Assembly (NCBI RefSeq): GCF_001194135.2
Contig: NC_068988.1
Location: 93,203,705-93,267,704, forward strand
DNA: 64,000 nucleotides
Direction of reading: 5' to 3'
DNA from: Octopus bimaculoides
Taxonomy: Eukaryota
Below the pieces are notes generated by a model that was not told where the DNA came from, ran no database searches, and was given only the letters and a program-made list of their open reading frames with translations. Position 1 is the first letter of the stretch. Every line of letters starts with the position of its first letter. Made by a program: the position numbers and the translations under genes. Of the stretch, positions 1 through 14,180 are shown piece by piece.

Positions 1-3000
1 TTATGTGCTCTAGCTCGGTGGAAGATCATGGCAGAAATTTGCAGGCATTTCTATCAATTTATCAAAGATTTGAATGTCACTTTCATTTAGAAAAGGGTGT
101 TTTTAGCAAAATGGTTAATGCATGCAAGATCACCAAAAAAAAAAAAAAAAAAAAAAAAAAGCACCTAATCGTTATAAGCTGATTCTTCTTAAAGTTCCTA
201 CTTCCAAAAAGGAAGTTGAAAAAAGCATTGGGTTTCTTTACAATAAATGAGTAGCACTTCTAATAAATTTTATAACTTTACTCCTTTTGTTCTTTTTCAT
301 GATTTGATATACCTTTTAATTACTGTCTGTGGCACAGCGAAATGTTCTAAAAGATGGAATTGTGCAAAACATGACAATCTCTAACAATCTTAATTGTAAA
401 GATGCTTTTTCAGGAACGCTTCACCTCATCTAATCTCTGCTCTCAAATACTACCAATGAGTGGACCTGCCGCTTGATAGTTTCTTAAATACTGCTCTCCA
501 GTTGATGTGTGTCTCTCTCTACCTTTTTGGCTATTTTACCTATTTATGTGTATGAATGAAAACGAGCTTTTGGAACGCAATGACAAATTTGCCTGACATC
601 TCCAACTGAAATAGTTGAAGTTGCGAAATCAGACCGAACAATTGTTGATTCATTTCGAAAGTTCCTTTAAAACCATCTGAAATACTTATAAAGCTGTAGC
701 ATTATTCGTTGAATAAAGTCTTTGGTATACAAATATTCAATCATTACATTTGACTATACTTACTTCCATTCATAAGGTAACTAATTTGGTATTTTTGGGG
801 AGTAGAGATTTGATAAGCCTTTTCTTTACATATAAGCCAGTCAAATTTGATTTTCATGTTTACATATAGAATACTGTATTGCAAAATGTATTTTTGTTGC
901 TTTGCGGCAAATATTAAAATCATAATTACTATTCACAGGAATTCGAATATCTCCAGGAGTATTACTATTTATTTTACAAGACATCTAATACCAGTATCTA
1001 TCTATCTATCTATTTATATTTGTAATATATAACTTAGTTATTTTAAGCAACAGTACTAATTAGTAGTGGGTGTGGAGGTAAATACAAAATATCGTACAAA
1101 TATTTTATCCTCACTCCCTAATTTTCGGGCCTAAACTGAAACGTAACTCAAGACATAAAAGGTATTTATAGAATAGGGCAGGGTTGAGTAAATTGAAGTA
1201 ACTAGATTATCCAACATGATAATCAACCGAGCATGAAATTATCTAGAATCTGCTAGTGAGGCAGCCAAAAGAACTCGTGACAATATCAATGATACAGCAG
1301 TATTATTATTATCATATTGATTTCTGATATAGAGGTACAAACGTAGGATCTCTAAGTAAGGAAATACTGCTATTGTGTGGTGTTCACGCTTGTTGGAATC
1401 ACGCGCACTTGGTATTTAAGTAGCAAAGGTATCAGCTACAACAGTGAAATAATTTTAGCGGGGTTCTTAACGTGGAGAACGTTCTTGAACCTATTATAAG
1501 CGCTTATCATTTCGGCAGCTATTATGCAATTAATATAGGTTTTGATTAAAATTTAATGAAGTTTTCTTTTTTAGTTAATTCATATTATTGTCAATGTAAA
1601 TATGACTTCAAAATTAAATAACTTTGTTAATTAGGATAAATGAAATTTAATATCAATATATTATTTATTACAACATATCTGCCTTTGATGTTTTAAAATT
1701 AATATCATTTTAATATTAATTAGCATACGTGGTTAAACAGAAATCTAACCGCTTTCTAATTAACAATCAAGCGATCTTAATTGATTTCATACGTAACACA
1801 CTAACAGCCGCAGTATACAACATTATTATTTAATATTTATCAAATGTAAGAAGCGTATTGATAAAAAAAAACCTTGTCATAACTATATTTATAACTATAT
1901 CTTATAGCTTTATTCATTTAATGGAGGGGGCACCTTATGGAATTCTTCAACGTTATTAGATGCAGTTTGGGTACATCTGCACCAAACAGACACAAAGATA
2001 GTCCCGCTCTACAGAGCCAGCCACCGATTCTAAGATCCCACAATCATCACTGATATCAACAATAATAATAATTAAAAGACTGTTGGAGATTAAATGATGG
2101 ATCATTCTCCTCGATTTACGCTAAAAATTTAGAATCCCGAATTTCTATACACTGACAAGTCGACAGATAAGTTATTAATGAGGGGAAAAAAACACGTAAG
2201 TTTTCAAGTATTGTTCGTAGTTATATGATAATGAAATAGTGGCGTGATGTTAGTAATTGACCAATGACAGGCGGAGAAAGCAACGCGCCAAGTCACCTGA
2301 TCAACGATATTGAACACACACCTTAATAATGTCGTTGCTATGTAATGGATTAACTACTATTTGAAATGACCCGGTCAGCAATTATAAGACACCGGTTTGC
2401 TTTAATTAGGAAGAAATTGTTTTCGTTAATTAACTACATTTTGGTAGAAATTAAATCGACTTGAACATATAATAAAAAACAACAACGTTACAATAGAGCT
2501 ACTACGGGTTCCCCAAGTCGCAAGAAATAACAGTCAAATCTCCCTAACAATGGACTACTATCCTAACCCTGTCAGCTTTTAAAGATAACCGGCTTGCTTT
2601 AATTATAAAAAAATGTTTTCATTGATTGAGTAGATTTTCGTAGCAAATAAATAAATAAAGTGAATTAACTATATATTTTTAAAAATTGCATTAGTAACGT
2701 ATACAACATTACAAAAACGCTTCTACAGGATCGCTCGACTTGCTAGAAATAGCAGCCAAAATGCTTTGACATAAGTTTCCTTTAATAAAAGGAACACATT
2801 AGATGATGTAGTCCTAGGTACTGTGGTCCAAAACAATAAGAATGATCACGGTTTTATTACTTATGATACGGGGTCTACTTGATCAGGACTCACCTGTGGC
2901 TGAAAAACAATGACATTATAAATTAGAGGGAAAATCTATTACCAGAAATAAATGTATTCTTTAGGAATAAAGTAAGCATTTTTATCTCTTAAATCATTGT

Positions 3001-4472
3001 TTAGTCGGTAAACTAATGATCAAAAACATGCCAACCTTAATCATCAGGAAACTACATTGTCAAAAGTAGGGTGTGGTTTGAAGGAGATTTAGTTGTTATT
3101 TCTAGCATATCGAGTAACCACGTATTTAGTTTAACGTTAAGTTATTCAGCCCCAGGTCAGCAGTTAGTGAAGAGGACTACATAGATATCCTTCCCTTTTG
3201 CTCCAAGATACGATTTGAATGTAACTTGGCTGTTATTTCTGGCGGGTTCAACAGCCACATAAATGTTTCCTGTAAGGTTATGTGCAAGATGAAAAGATAT
3301 TAGATGCTATGTTGGAAATCATTTTTATATCCTAAAAAAATTAAATTCAAAGCAAATAACCCCAAATATATACGTCCATAATTACGAAGAGGAATAAATT
3401 AACTCCAGCTTGGAATTGAAACCAGATGCAAAATTGGCACACCGAAAAACTACTACTTGCTTGTATATATATTTATTTTTATCAGTACCTTATAATTTGC
3501 AGTGACTTTTCACAACAAAAGCCAGCGCAGTGCCACTCCATCTCACTCCCACAGGTGGGCACTACTAATGAGATATTTTTGGCGTGGAAATACCTGAGAT
3601 CTTACGTTACATGGCAGTTTTAAAGGCGTCTGCTTCCTTCTATAGTAATGTTTCTATTATGTCGAAGCTGAAAACAAAATAATGTAAATACCATTGTTTG
3701 GTAATTATATGTCAACAACTGCTAATTTCCTTTTGAACAGGATCTACTCCAAAGAATCATGACAAGCTAACATGAACACAAACGGAATCTAAACTTGCAA
3801 ACCGATGGATGCAATCGAGCAATGCAAGTTCTCTGTTCTCAGGTCCCGGTGGTCACCTGAAGTCTTAATTGCTAAACAGAGGATAATTTGTTTACATTGA
3901 AAAAGTTTTGCAATGTCCATGCCTTTCCCAAGAGCATTAGCCATGTCAGTGAACTGTAAAATCTTTCAAAAATATCGCATTTAAATTATTATGATTTTAT
4001 TGTTATATAAAATTTTGAACATAAATTATTTCACACTATATATGTAGTAGCAGTTTTTTGAAAATATAGTGTGCATGCATATTTATATATACATATATAT
4101 ATTTGTACATTTAAATTATTGTCTATAGTATATTTAACCGTTTTGCTGCACATTTGATTAACCTTACAAGAAACAGAACACTGACGAAATATATTTTCAG
4201 TTGTATTGACCATATTTCCTTAAATATATGTAAGTAAAGATTTAATTTAATATATATATAACTAACTACCGAAAGTTTGAATACAGAGTGACAAAACTTC
4301 AAAATAAGGGAGGAAGAATAAAAATTAAAAACTTGTTACAAGCACCGAGTTGTCGGCTTTCATGTCTATAAGTAATTAGTGAGAGAGAGGAAGACTGAAA
4401 AAGAAAGAGAATGAAGAGAGAAAAAGAGAGTGTGTGGGGGAGAGGAAGAGAGAGTATTTCAATGTCAGCCGA

Positions 4473-5160
4473 TCACGCCACTTGGGTTCCCCTGCATAAG
4501 TAGCATCGGCTGATGTTGCGGCTGAAACGTTCTTCCTCATAGTCAGTGCCTCTCTTTCTCGAGTCAGACAGCATTCCAATTAAATAACTCAACCACACCT
4601 TGTTAAGTCGGTCGTAACGAAACTAAAAACGATTTACTATGAAAATTATTCGAGAGGGATACTTTACATTTTAATATCATATTAAATAGCTTAATTTTTT
4701 TAAGTAAATATCAGTAAAGGACAGTTGTCGGTGCTGAGCGATAGAATTTAACACTGGCTACAAGGTTGCGAGCAAATGCATTCGCCAGATGTATGCATAT
4801 TTATTATAACATGTATATATATATATAATATGCATACACACACATATATTCATACATTATATGCATGTATACTTTGCAGAATTTTTTTATAAATTTCCAT
4901 GTTTAAAACAGTAACTTAAACCAGAAAATGTCTTGTTTAGTGCTATGTCAGCTTTCGGGTAGATTCAAAATTAAAAGATGTTTTAGTGGTAAATATGAAG
5001 TCTTTAATTTCTACTAGATATTGTTTATCCTGTACGGGGTGGGCAGGAAGATTTAAAGCATGTAGGGTGTGATTTGAGGAAAATTTGGCTGCTTTTTCGA
5101 GTAGATCGGAGGTTGGAAAACCAGCATCAGCAGTTATGCACTCTCACAAAGAAATACATT

Positions 5161-5195
<35 letters not shown>

Positions 5196-5870
5196 CATGG
5201 GAACTTCTACATATATCGCCCTTTCCACCCTCCCAGCCTCTTCAATGAGTCAATTTCGATGCTTACAAGTAGTTTTGTTTCCCCGAATTCATCAAATAAC
5301 AAGCTAATGGCATTGGTTTCTGCTGAAGGGTTTCATAATGGAACGATTAAATTAAATATAAATTAGAAAGCAAACATAATTAGAAAAGATTGTTCTTAAT
5401 TGCTGTCAAGAAAACCTGTTCTGATTCGTAGCTGGAACATCATACGACATCAGGCCACCGGTTAAGGCAGCGTAGGAGATAATGCGGCCGGCATCTCGAC
5501 ACTTTTAGATTAGCAATGTCAAAAGTTGTAGGTAGAGAATAATAATTACTTTAAAACTGCATCAAAGGAAATTAAAAAGATTAAATTAGTATAATTCGAG
5601 ATCCGTCAAAATTATCAGTCCTAATTGTAAATGCAGAATTTTCCCGGGTGTAATTCTTGTTCGCTGGTCGAGTCTGCAACAGCATGTTTTAGAAGATAAA
5701 CTGATAATGTATCTACATCTTTATCAATATAATACTGACAATACATGATCGATGCTTATTTAAAAATAAGAAAACATTAAAATATAGAGGAAAAACCACT
5801 TACTGTGATGTCTTTTAAAGGAACTGAAGACGGTAGGGCTTCGGCGTACGACTCTAAATAATACATCCAT
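4473..5870 (-). CDS. Candidate 3-exon small gene (5870-5804, 5322-5267, 4622-4473), 90 aa, MDVLFRVVRRSPTVFSSFKRHH...RCYLCRGTQVA; product unknown
   Basis: GTAAGT and GTAAGC donors, cttcag and tttttag acceptors, phases 1 and 0 consistent, GC box about 250 nt upstream. No homology recognised, and other exon chains can also be built. Confidence 0.3.
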
Positions 5871-5949
5871 TCTTTGAGATGGTATTATAAGTAATGTTTA
5901 AAATGTTAAGAAGAGAAAAATAAATACTTTTTTACAGTGTGTGTGTTGT

Positions 5950-6250
5950 TCAGGGTTAAAGTAAGAGGGGAAACGTGCGATACCGTTCCCGAAGCGAAGT
6001 TGACCCTGTCTTGAGTGAAATGATTGCCGTCTCACTTGTCAACGTTTTACTACTTACTACAAAAGCCGCCGCTGCTCAATGCGTACGTCAATCATAGCGA
6101 TCGCCTGATTCGAAAGTAGGCGGGGCTTAGAGGCTCACGCTAAAAGATGAATGGTCGACAGAAAACACACCATCTCGAAATTAGAGAAAATATTTTAATA
6201 CATGTGCCCGTTTCTAACATAATCAGCACTAATAACAACACCGCCGTCAC
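5950..6250. promoter_or_regulatory. CpG-rich promoter-like region with GC box
   Basis: AGGCGGGGC (Sp1-type GC box) at 6118-6126, a TACGTCA CRE-like half-site at about 6084, and many CpGs. Confidence 0.45.
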
Positions 6251-6318
6251 TGCATTTTATTTGTTTATTATTTTATATGTATGTATGTAGGTGTGTGTAT
6301 GTATGTATGTATGTATAT

Positions 6319-6350
<32 letters not shown>

Positions 6351-8478
6351 TTATATATATATAATTATATATAATTATATATATGTATATATTTATACAT
6401 ACATATTATGTGTGTGTTGTTACATACTTTAAACAAATCTGGTGACTCGCATTCTTTGAATATCATTTTATTCTGTTAATCGAAAATAATTGTGGTAGTT
6501 TGTGGAGTTTAGTTATCGCATGTTTATTTTTTGAGGATTATTTTATTTGGCAGAACAGACGTACACATAAAACATGTATACAAACATAAAGCGCATACAT
6601 ATGTATGTGTGTATTTGTGCGCGAAATATGTACATACATAAATTCACACATACATACGTCAATATTGGTTGAGAATTTGATAAATTCCAAAGAGGTAACA
6701 TGATATTCCTCACCGCAAAATCATGTTACAAGTATTTTTACAATTAAGGTTTAGATAGAATATATTAGTATTATTTTAGTTGGCGTTGGAGCTGATACTT
6801 TTCGTGTTGTCCTTATTTAACCCCAGGTCAGCCAAGATTGAGCAGCTTATAAATAGGGCCCCTTTTTAACATCATTGTAGACCCCCGCCTGGCCGAAGTT
6901 ATGCACTTGGCCCTTTAGTATTAACTTACTGACGACGGGCCTTAGCATTCATAGATTAACCATTGAGTCCCTAGAAACGGGGTACCTCAGAGTAACAACC
7001 CATTGCTTTCAGCGCCTGCCTATGATCAAAAGGTGTCCAATCGTGACCACATGTTGAGTAGTAAACTGTCCTTTGTGTTCTGTGCATGTAGAACATTTTG
7101 ATGGAGTTTTAACTGCTATTTCTAGCAGATCGGATCACGTAGAGATTGTCTCGATGCTGCTTGTTGGTAGTGATGTGGGTGATGTGGGGGTAATATTTTA
7201 GGTGTTAAAAGGAAAGAGAGATTATTAAGCGCATTATCATTACTGTTAATGTGGTTTCCCATTATTTAATTTTATTTAATATTTCAAAACGATTAAAAAA
7301 AAATCATTAATATAGTGCTTATTAATTAAATTAAAACCCCGTCATTAAGGAAAAGAACAACTTATAATAAAACTTGACATTTATTTTGTTATTACTTTTC
7401 AGGTTGGCTTTTTCAATTACTTTGACATTTCCCTCTTCACGTTAAGACATAACTTATAGAAACACTATTCTGTCTGTAGTAGCTACTAGAAAAGAGGGAA
7501 AAAACAAATAAATAAACCCTTCTTTGCTATCAGCAGTGGAATTTTTACTCTATCTTTACAACACGTGGGCTGTGTTAACGTATTTACAAGTAAGGGAGGG
7601 AAAAATAAATAAAATAGTCATCACATCTTTTTTTTTTGTCATTTTTTTAAAACGTTTTATTGATGGAATTTCTTAACAAAAACTCTTTCATTTCTTTACA
7701 ATGAAATTGTTTTAATATTACAAAATGTTTCATCCGCATTAATATTACAAACTAAGGAGTAGTTTGTTTCAATGTTATCATTTTGTTGTCAGATAGCCAA
7801 GGAATGCCAGTGAACATTGAAAGAAGAACAGCAAGATGATTTAGAAGTTCTTTAGCGTAGGTTATAAAAACGAAGAACTATTCTCTATAATCCCTTCACA
7901 TATAAGAAACCTAACATCGTTATCTCATAACGCTTCCTCGGTATACAACTGTTGTTTGTTAAATCAATGGAATTCACACAAAGGTTCATAGAACCCAGAC
8001 GAACCCAGAAACTTCCCAAACAACTTGATTCTAAATTCTTGCAACACTACCCCCCCCCCCGCTCCAGTGTCTCAGTTATCAAATCTGGGCGTTTCCTGAT
8101 TACAGGGTTTTGGTTGAAATTTAGCTTAAATATTCACTGCCCTTGTTTTGTAATTCCATTCATATCTTGGCTATTTCATAGGAATATTGAATAGACTCAG
8201 GTACTTGACCGGTACCTTGAAAGATGAAAGACAAAGATGGACTCGACAAGATTTGAACTCAGGATATAAAGGAGCTCTAACTAAATACTGCAAGAAATTT
8301 TTGTCCAATTCTACCATATCCAGTCTTAATCAAAACTGAGATTGGCAAAGAAAATTTTAATTAGTCAAGACCTTACATGCATTTTGAAGAGAATGGTAAC
8401 TTTTGGATCAAATCTCAAAGTTGATCAAGACAGACAGAGCTGACAACTCCAAATTTCAACCTCAAAAATCAGTTGGCA

Positions 8479-8586
8479 ACATATTAATGTCAATTGACAT
8501 ATTAATGTCAATTGACATATTAATGTCAATTGACATATTAATGTCAATTGACATATTAATGTCAATTGACATATTAATGTCAATTG
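8479..8586. repeat. 18-bp tandem repeat (ACATATTAATGTCAATTG)x6
   Basis: Six exact contiguous units; the source of the SIDILM and CQLTLI ORFs. Confidence 0.95.
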
Positions 8587-10206
8587 ATAAAGAGAATTGT
8601 CATGCAGTGTGTGTGGGGGAGGATACAGAAAACTTTTGGCAAGCATGGTGACAACTTTGGACATGTTTCACTCTTATCAGACCAATGTGGCCCTAGTCCA
8701 ATGTGTGAAATAAGATAAAAAGACAGGCACAAGACTAGAAATTTTTGCTGAGAGGAGTCAGTTAGATCAATGCCTGTACATGACTGGTATTTTATTCCAT
8801 CGACCCTGGAGGATGAAAGCAAAACTGACTTTGGTAGGACTCGTAGCAGGACAAAACTTTACAGTAAGGAACGGTGGGGGCGGGGGGAGTTAGGATTTTG
8901 TTTTGAGTGTTGCCCAAAAGGACATGTTCTATTTATTCTAAGTTTGCTGTAGCAGACCAAATGCATATGAAATGGTAATGCTGTGGAACTACTGGAAATA
9001 AAATAACGTTATTATATTTGGTGTCAGCTCGGCTAGAAAGGGTGTTGTGCTGGCAACTAGAGCAACACCCCAGCATCCACCACTGGGAATATTGTCCTGA
9101 ACTTTAATGATTCTACCAATCTACTACTCTCTAGAATAATAAAGGCAAGATGGACTGAACAAGACAAGACCAGAGAGGCGACATGGAGAAGAGGCATTGA
9201 AGAGGTCACAGATGTGTGACGAAAGAACTTTGACAAATAAACTAATAATGATAATAATCCTTTCTACTGAAGGCCCAAGGCCTGAAATTTTGGGGGAGGG
9301 GACTAGTTGATTACAGTAACTTCAGTATGCAACTGGTACTTAATTCATCGACCTCGAAAGGATGAACGATAAAGTCAACCTTGGAGGAATTTGAACTCTG
9401 AATATGGAGACAGACGAAATGCCTCTAAACATTTTTCCCTTTGTGCTAATAATTCTGCCGGCTCACTGCCTTAAACTAATAATAATGATAAAACTAAAGT
9501 GGGGATCAAATAAATAATGTGTTTATTTATTGGTGAAATGACCGTCCCCAAATATAAAATAATTATTGGTAAATTGTTATATTAAGGAATGACAACAGAA
9601 GATAACGAGCACTCAGAGAGCGCAAACCTCCTCCAAGGCAGTACCAACGTCCTCTCAACGATTAGCCAGGGATGATTTTTAAAATGAGAATATTTGAAAT
9701 AAACTCGACTGCTCTCACAAACAAGAATACTAAAAATGAAACCAACCGCTCTCAGAAATTAAGTAAAAAAACAGGGAAAATAACCCAGAACCCTTGTCCA
9801 GTACCCGATTGCTCCCAGAATCTAATCAGTTTGTGCCAGTCATAAGGCCAAACATCCCTGAATGTTTCATCAGAATCCATCCAGTGGTTCTTGAGATATC
9901 TTGCCCATGAACAAACACGACAGTAAACNNNNNNNNNNNNNNNNNNNNNNNNNNNNNNNNNNNNNNNNNNNNNNNNNNNNNNNNNNNNNNNNNNNNNNNN
10001 NNNNNNNNNNNNNNNNNNNNNNNNNNNNNNNNNNNNNNNNNNNNNNNNNNNNNNNNNNNNNNNNNNNNNNNNNNNNNNNNNNNNNNNNNNNNNNNNNNNN
10101 NNNNNNNNNNNNNNNNNNNNNNNNNNNNNNNNNNNNNNNNNNNNNNNNNNNNNNNNNNNNNNNNNNNNNNNNNNNNNNNNNNNNNNNNNNNNNNNNNNNN
10201 NNNNNN

Positions 10207-11251
10207 GCACAAGAGCCAGTCCAGGGGCACTGGCAACGATCTAGCTCGAAAATCCCACAAAGGCCAGCCAGGTGGCACTGGCAACGGTCACGCTCAAAAT
10301 GGTGCATTTCATGTGTCACCTGCACAAAAGCCAGTCCAGGGGCACTGGCAACGATCTCGCTCGAAAATCCCACAAAGGCCAGCCAGGCGGCACTGGCAAC
10401 GGTCACGCTCAAAATGGTGCATTTCATGTGTCACTTGCACAAGAGCCAGTCCAGGGGCACTGGCAACGATCTCGCTCGAAAAATTTTGATAATAAAACTA
10501 AAATGGCGATCAAATAAATAGTGTGTTTATTTATAGGCGAAATGACCATACCCAAAGATAAAACAATATATCATCATCATCGTCGTCATTTAACGTCTGC
10601 TTTCCATGCTGGCATGGGTTGGACGGTTTGACTGAGGGCTGACGAGCCAGAAGGCTGCATCAGGCTTCAATCCAATCTGGCTATGTTTCTACAGCTGGAT
10701 GCCCTTCCTAATGCCAACCACTCTGAGAGTGTAGTGGGTGCTTTTTACCTGCCACTGGCATGAGGTCCAGTCAGGAGGTACTGACATTGGTCACGCTTGC
10801 TAAATTGCTATACTGAGGAATGACCACAGAAGATAATAATCTGGGAAATTATCCAGGGGTACCGTCTGCATGGAAACTATGTTATTGTTGGCACTCCGTC
10901 GCTTATGACGTCGAGGGTTCCAGTTGATCTGNNNNNNNNNNCACTCAGAGAGTGTAGTGGGTGCTTTTACGTGTCACCTGCACGAAAGCCAATCAGGCGG
11001 TAATTGGCAATGGCCACGCTCAAAATGGTGCAATTTATGTGCCACCCGCACAAGAGCCAGTCCAGGGGCACTGGCAACAATCTCGCTCGAAAATCCCACA
11101 AAGGCCAGCCAGGCGGCACTAGCAACGGTCACACTCAAAATGGTGCATTTCATGTGTCACCTGCACAAGAGCCAGTCCAGGGGCACTGGCAACGATCTCG
11201 CTCGAAAATCCCACAAAGGCCAGCCAGGTGGCACTGGCAACGGTCACGCTC
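10207..11251 (-). repeat. 115-bp tandem repeat derived from the RTE 3' UTR (two blocks, 10207-10480 and about 10977-11251, both abutting N-gaps)
   Basis: The unit starting GCACAAGAGCCAGTCCAGGGGCACTGGCAACG recurs at 10207, 10322 and 10437. It has an internal two-subunit structure. Confidence 0.85.
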
Positions 11252-12240
11252 NNNNNNNNNNNNNNNNNNNNNNNNNNNNNNNNNNNNNNNNNNNNNNNNN
11301 NNNNNNNNNNNNNNNNNNNNNNNNNNNNNNNNNNNNNNNNNNNNNNNNNNNNNNNNNNNNNNNNNNNNNNNNNNNNNNNNNNNNNNNNNNNNNNNNNNNN
11401 NNNNNNNNNNNNNNNNNNNNNNNNNNNNNNNNNNNNNNNNNNNNNNNNNNNNNNNNNNNNNNNNNNNNNNNNNNNNNNNNNNNNNNNNNNNNNNNNNNNN
11501 NNNNNNNNNNNNNNNNNNNNNNNNNNNNNNNNNNNNNNNNNNNNNNNNNNNNNNNNNNNNNNNNNNNNNNNNNNNNNNNNNNNNNNNNNNNNNNNNNNNN
11601 NNNNNNNNNNNNNNNNNNNNNNNNNNNNNNNNNNNNNNNNNNNNNNNNNNNNNNNNNNNNNNNNNNNNNNNNNNNNNNNNNNNNNNNNNNNNNNNNNNNN
11701 NNNNNNNNNNNNNNNNNNNNNNNNNNNNNNNNNNNNNNNNNNNNNNNNNNNNNNNNNNNNNNNNNNNNNNNNNNNNNNNNNNNNNNNNNNNNNNNNNNNN
11801 NNNNNNNNNNNNNNNNNNNNNNNNNNNNNNNNNNNNNNNNNNNNNNNNNNNNNNNNNNNNNNNNNNNNNNNNNNNNNNNNNNNNNNNNNNNNNNNNNNNN
11901 NNNNNNNNNNNNNNNNNNNNNNNNNNNNNNNNNNNNNNNNNNNNNNNNNNNNNNNNNNNNNNNNNNNNNNNNNNNNNNNNNNNNNNNNNNNNNNNNNNNN
12001 NNNNNNNNNNNNNNNNNNNNNNNNNNNNNNNNNNNNNNNNNNNNNNNNNNNNNNNNNNNNNNNNNNNNNNNNNNNNNNNNNNNNNNNNNNNNNNNNNNNN
12101 NNNNNNNNNNNNNNNNNNNNNNNNNNNNNNNNNNNNNNNNNNNNNNNNNNNNNNNNNNNNNNNNNNNNNNNNNNNNNNNNNNNNNNNNNNNNNNNNNNNN
12201 NNNNNNNNNNNNNNNNNNNNNNNNNNNNNNNNNNNNNNNN
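11252..12240. other. Assembly gap (others: 9929-10206, 10932-10941, 15436-15535, 16188-16545, 19171-19634, 28504-28966, 35268-35296)
   Basis: Runs of N. Nearly all fall inside tandem repeats or young transposon copies. Confidence 0.99.
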
Positions 12241-13641
12241 CAACGGAACAGCCTGCTCGTGAAATTAACGTGTAAGTGGCTGAGCACTCCACAGACACGT
12301 GTACCCTTAATGTAGTTCTCGGGGATATTCAGCATGACTCAGTGTGACGAGGTTGACCCTTTGAATTACAGGCACAACAGAAACAGGAAGTAAAAGTGAG
12401 AGAAAGTTGTGGTGGAAGAGTACAGCAGGGTTCGCGACCACCCCTTGCCGGAGCCTCGTGGAGCTTTAGGTGTTTTCGCTCAATAGACACTTACAACGCC
12501 TGGTCTGGGAATCGAAACCGTGATCCTATGACCACGAGTCCGCTGCCCTAACCACTGGGCCATTGCGCCTCCACACATGGAAACTATGTAGTGAAGTAAG
12601 CACTAATACACTTAACATGGTGAGCAGGAAAAAATTTGAATTAATCAAGATTCCACCAATATTTGGTGCTTCAATTCAATATTGTTGAGGTTGGTCAGTT
12701 GAAGCTGAACCCATACTGGCTTAAAAGGCTACTCCATATGACACATGTGCAGCTCAATCGTCTCCGCTAAACAAGCTTTCTTCACATGCATATGCACACA
12801 CGCACGCACGCAAATATCTGTGCATATGTACAAACACACAATGCCCACACGCGCACCTCTATATGATGATGGCCATCACTCAACATTAACCATGCTTCCC
12901 CATTGTTTTATTATTCAAACAAACTGGTTCATGGACAGTAGAATATATCGTTCTTGACAGAAATGTCGTTCAAATGACATGTTTATGATATTAGTCGTGA
13001 CATTTCTTTGAAACACACACACATCTCTCTCTCCCTCCCCCCCCTTCTCTCTCTCTAGCCACTGATAATCTGTTCTGTAGTTGATCAGTAGTGGACATTA
13101 TTAATTGAATTCATTTTGTTTGACCGATGCCGAGTTTCAACATAGACCAAGAAGACTTCTACACCTTGAGTTTTAATGATGTCTTATGAATGGTTGTTAA
13201 CCTTTCATACGGAGCTTGTGTTTCTCCAGTTTATTGTAAAATGAATAAAATGAAGAGAAGTTGCGAGTTTACCCATTGAAAACTTGTTATGTGGTGGCTT
13301 ATGTGCTTCTATGGCCCTGAGAACTATACTAACAAAGTAAAAGTTCCTGGTAGGGAAGTTGGTAGGGGGCTTCTGAACGGAGCAAGTCGAGAGATAGGGG
13401 TCCAAACTGACATGGACCATCTCTACCCAGCGTGGTTGTGTGGTAAGAAGTTTGTTTCCCAACCACATGGTTTTGGGTTCGGTCCCACTGCATGGCACCA
13501 GGCCGACCAAAGCTTTTGTGAGTGGATGTGGTTGATGGAAACTGAAAGAAGCCCATTGTATACATACATACACGTGTGTGTGTGTGTATATATGTGTGTG
13601 TGTGTATGTGTGTACATGTGTGTGTGTATATGTGTGTACAA

Positions 13642-13674
<33 letters not shown>

Positions 13675-14180
13675 CGTGTATGTATATGTGTGTGTGTATA
13701 TATATGCTTATTCTATATATGATACTTATTCTATCAGTCTCTTACGCTGAACTGCTATGTTATGGAGATGCAAACAAACCAACACCAGTTGTTAAGTGGC
13801 AGTCAGGGAGAAACACAAAGATAAAGACATATTCTGGCTTATGCTTACAGTGAGTTGCCTTTAGCAAGATTTGACCCAATTAGTATGAGGCCACAAGAAT
13901 CACATCCCTAACTTCACAGCCATATTTTAACATAAATTAAAGGAGAAATATTCATAAAACTTTAGGTATGAAATGTACCCTGCCTTGACTCCCTCCCATT
14001 ATCCCCTATAATATTCCCTGCCCTACAATATTCCCCAGCTGTCATACACATGACTTGGCTACCGTTCACTCAATGTGCCATTGCTATTACAGAACACCTT
14101 ACTCAATTGTTTGCTGTCTATTGCATCATCCAACTGCACGCTTGACTGCACTTCCTGCTTATAAAACACTGAGTGTTATA

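Noticed and set aside
9752-12335. Long ORFs (150-460 aa) in the supplied track
   Set aside because: They consist mostly of X from N-gaps plus translated repeat units. The same applies to the ORFs at 15.2-16.6, 19.0-19.9 and 28.2-29.1 kb, apart from the real RTE peptide segments.
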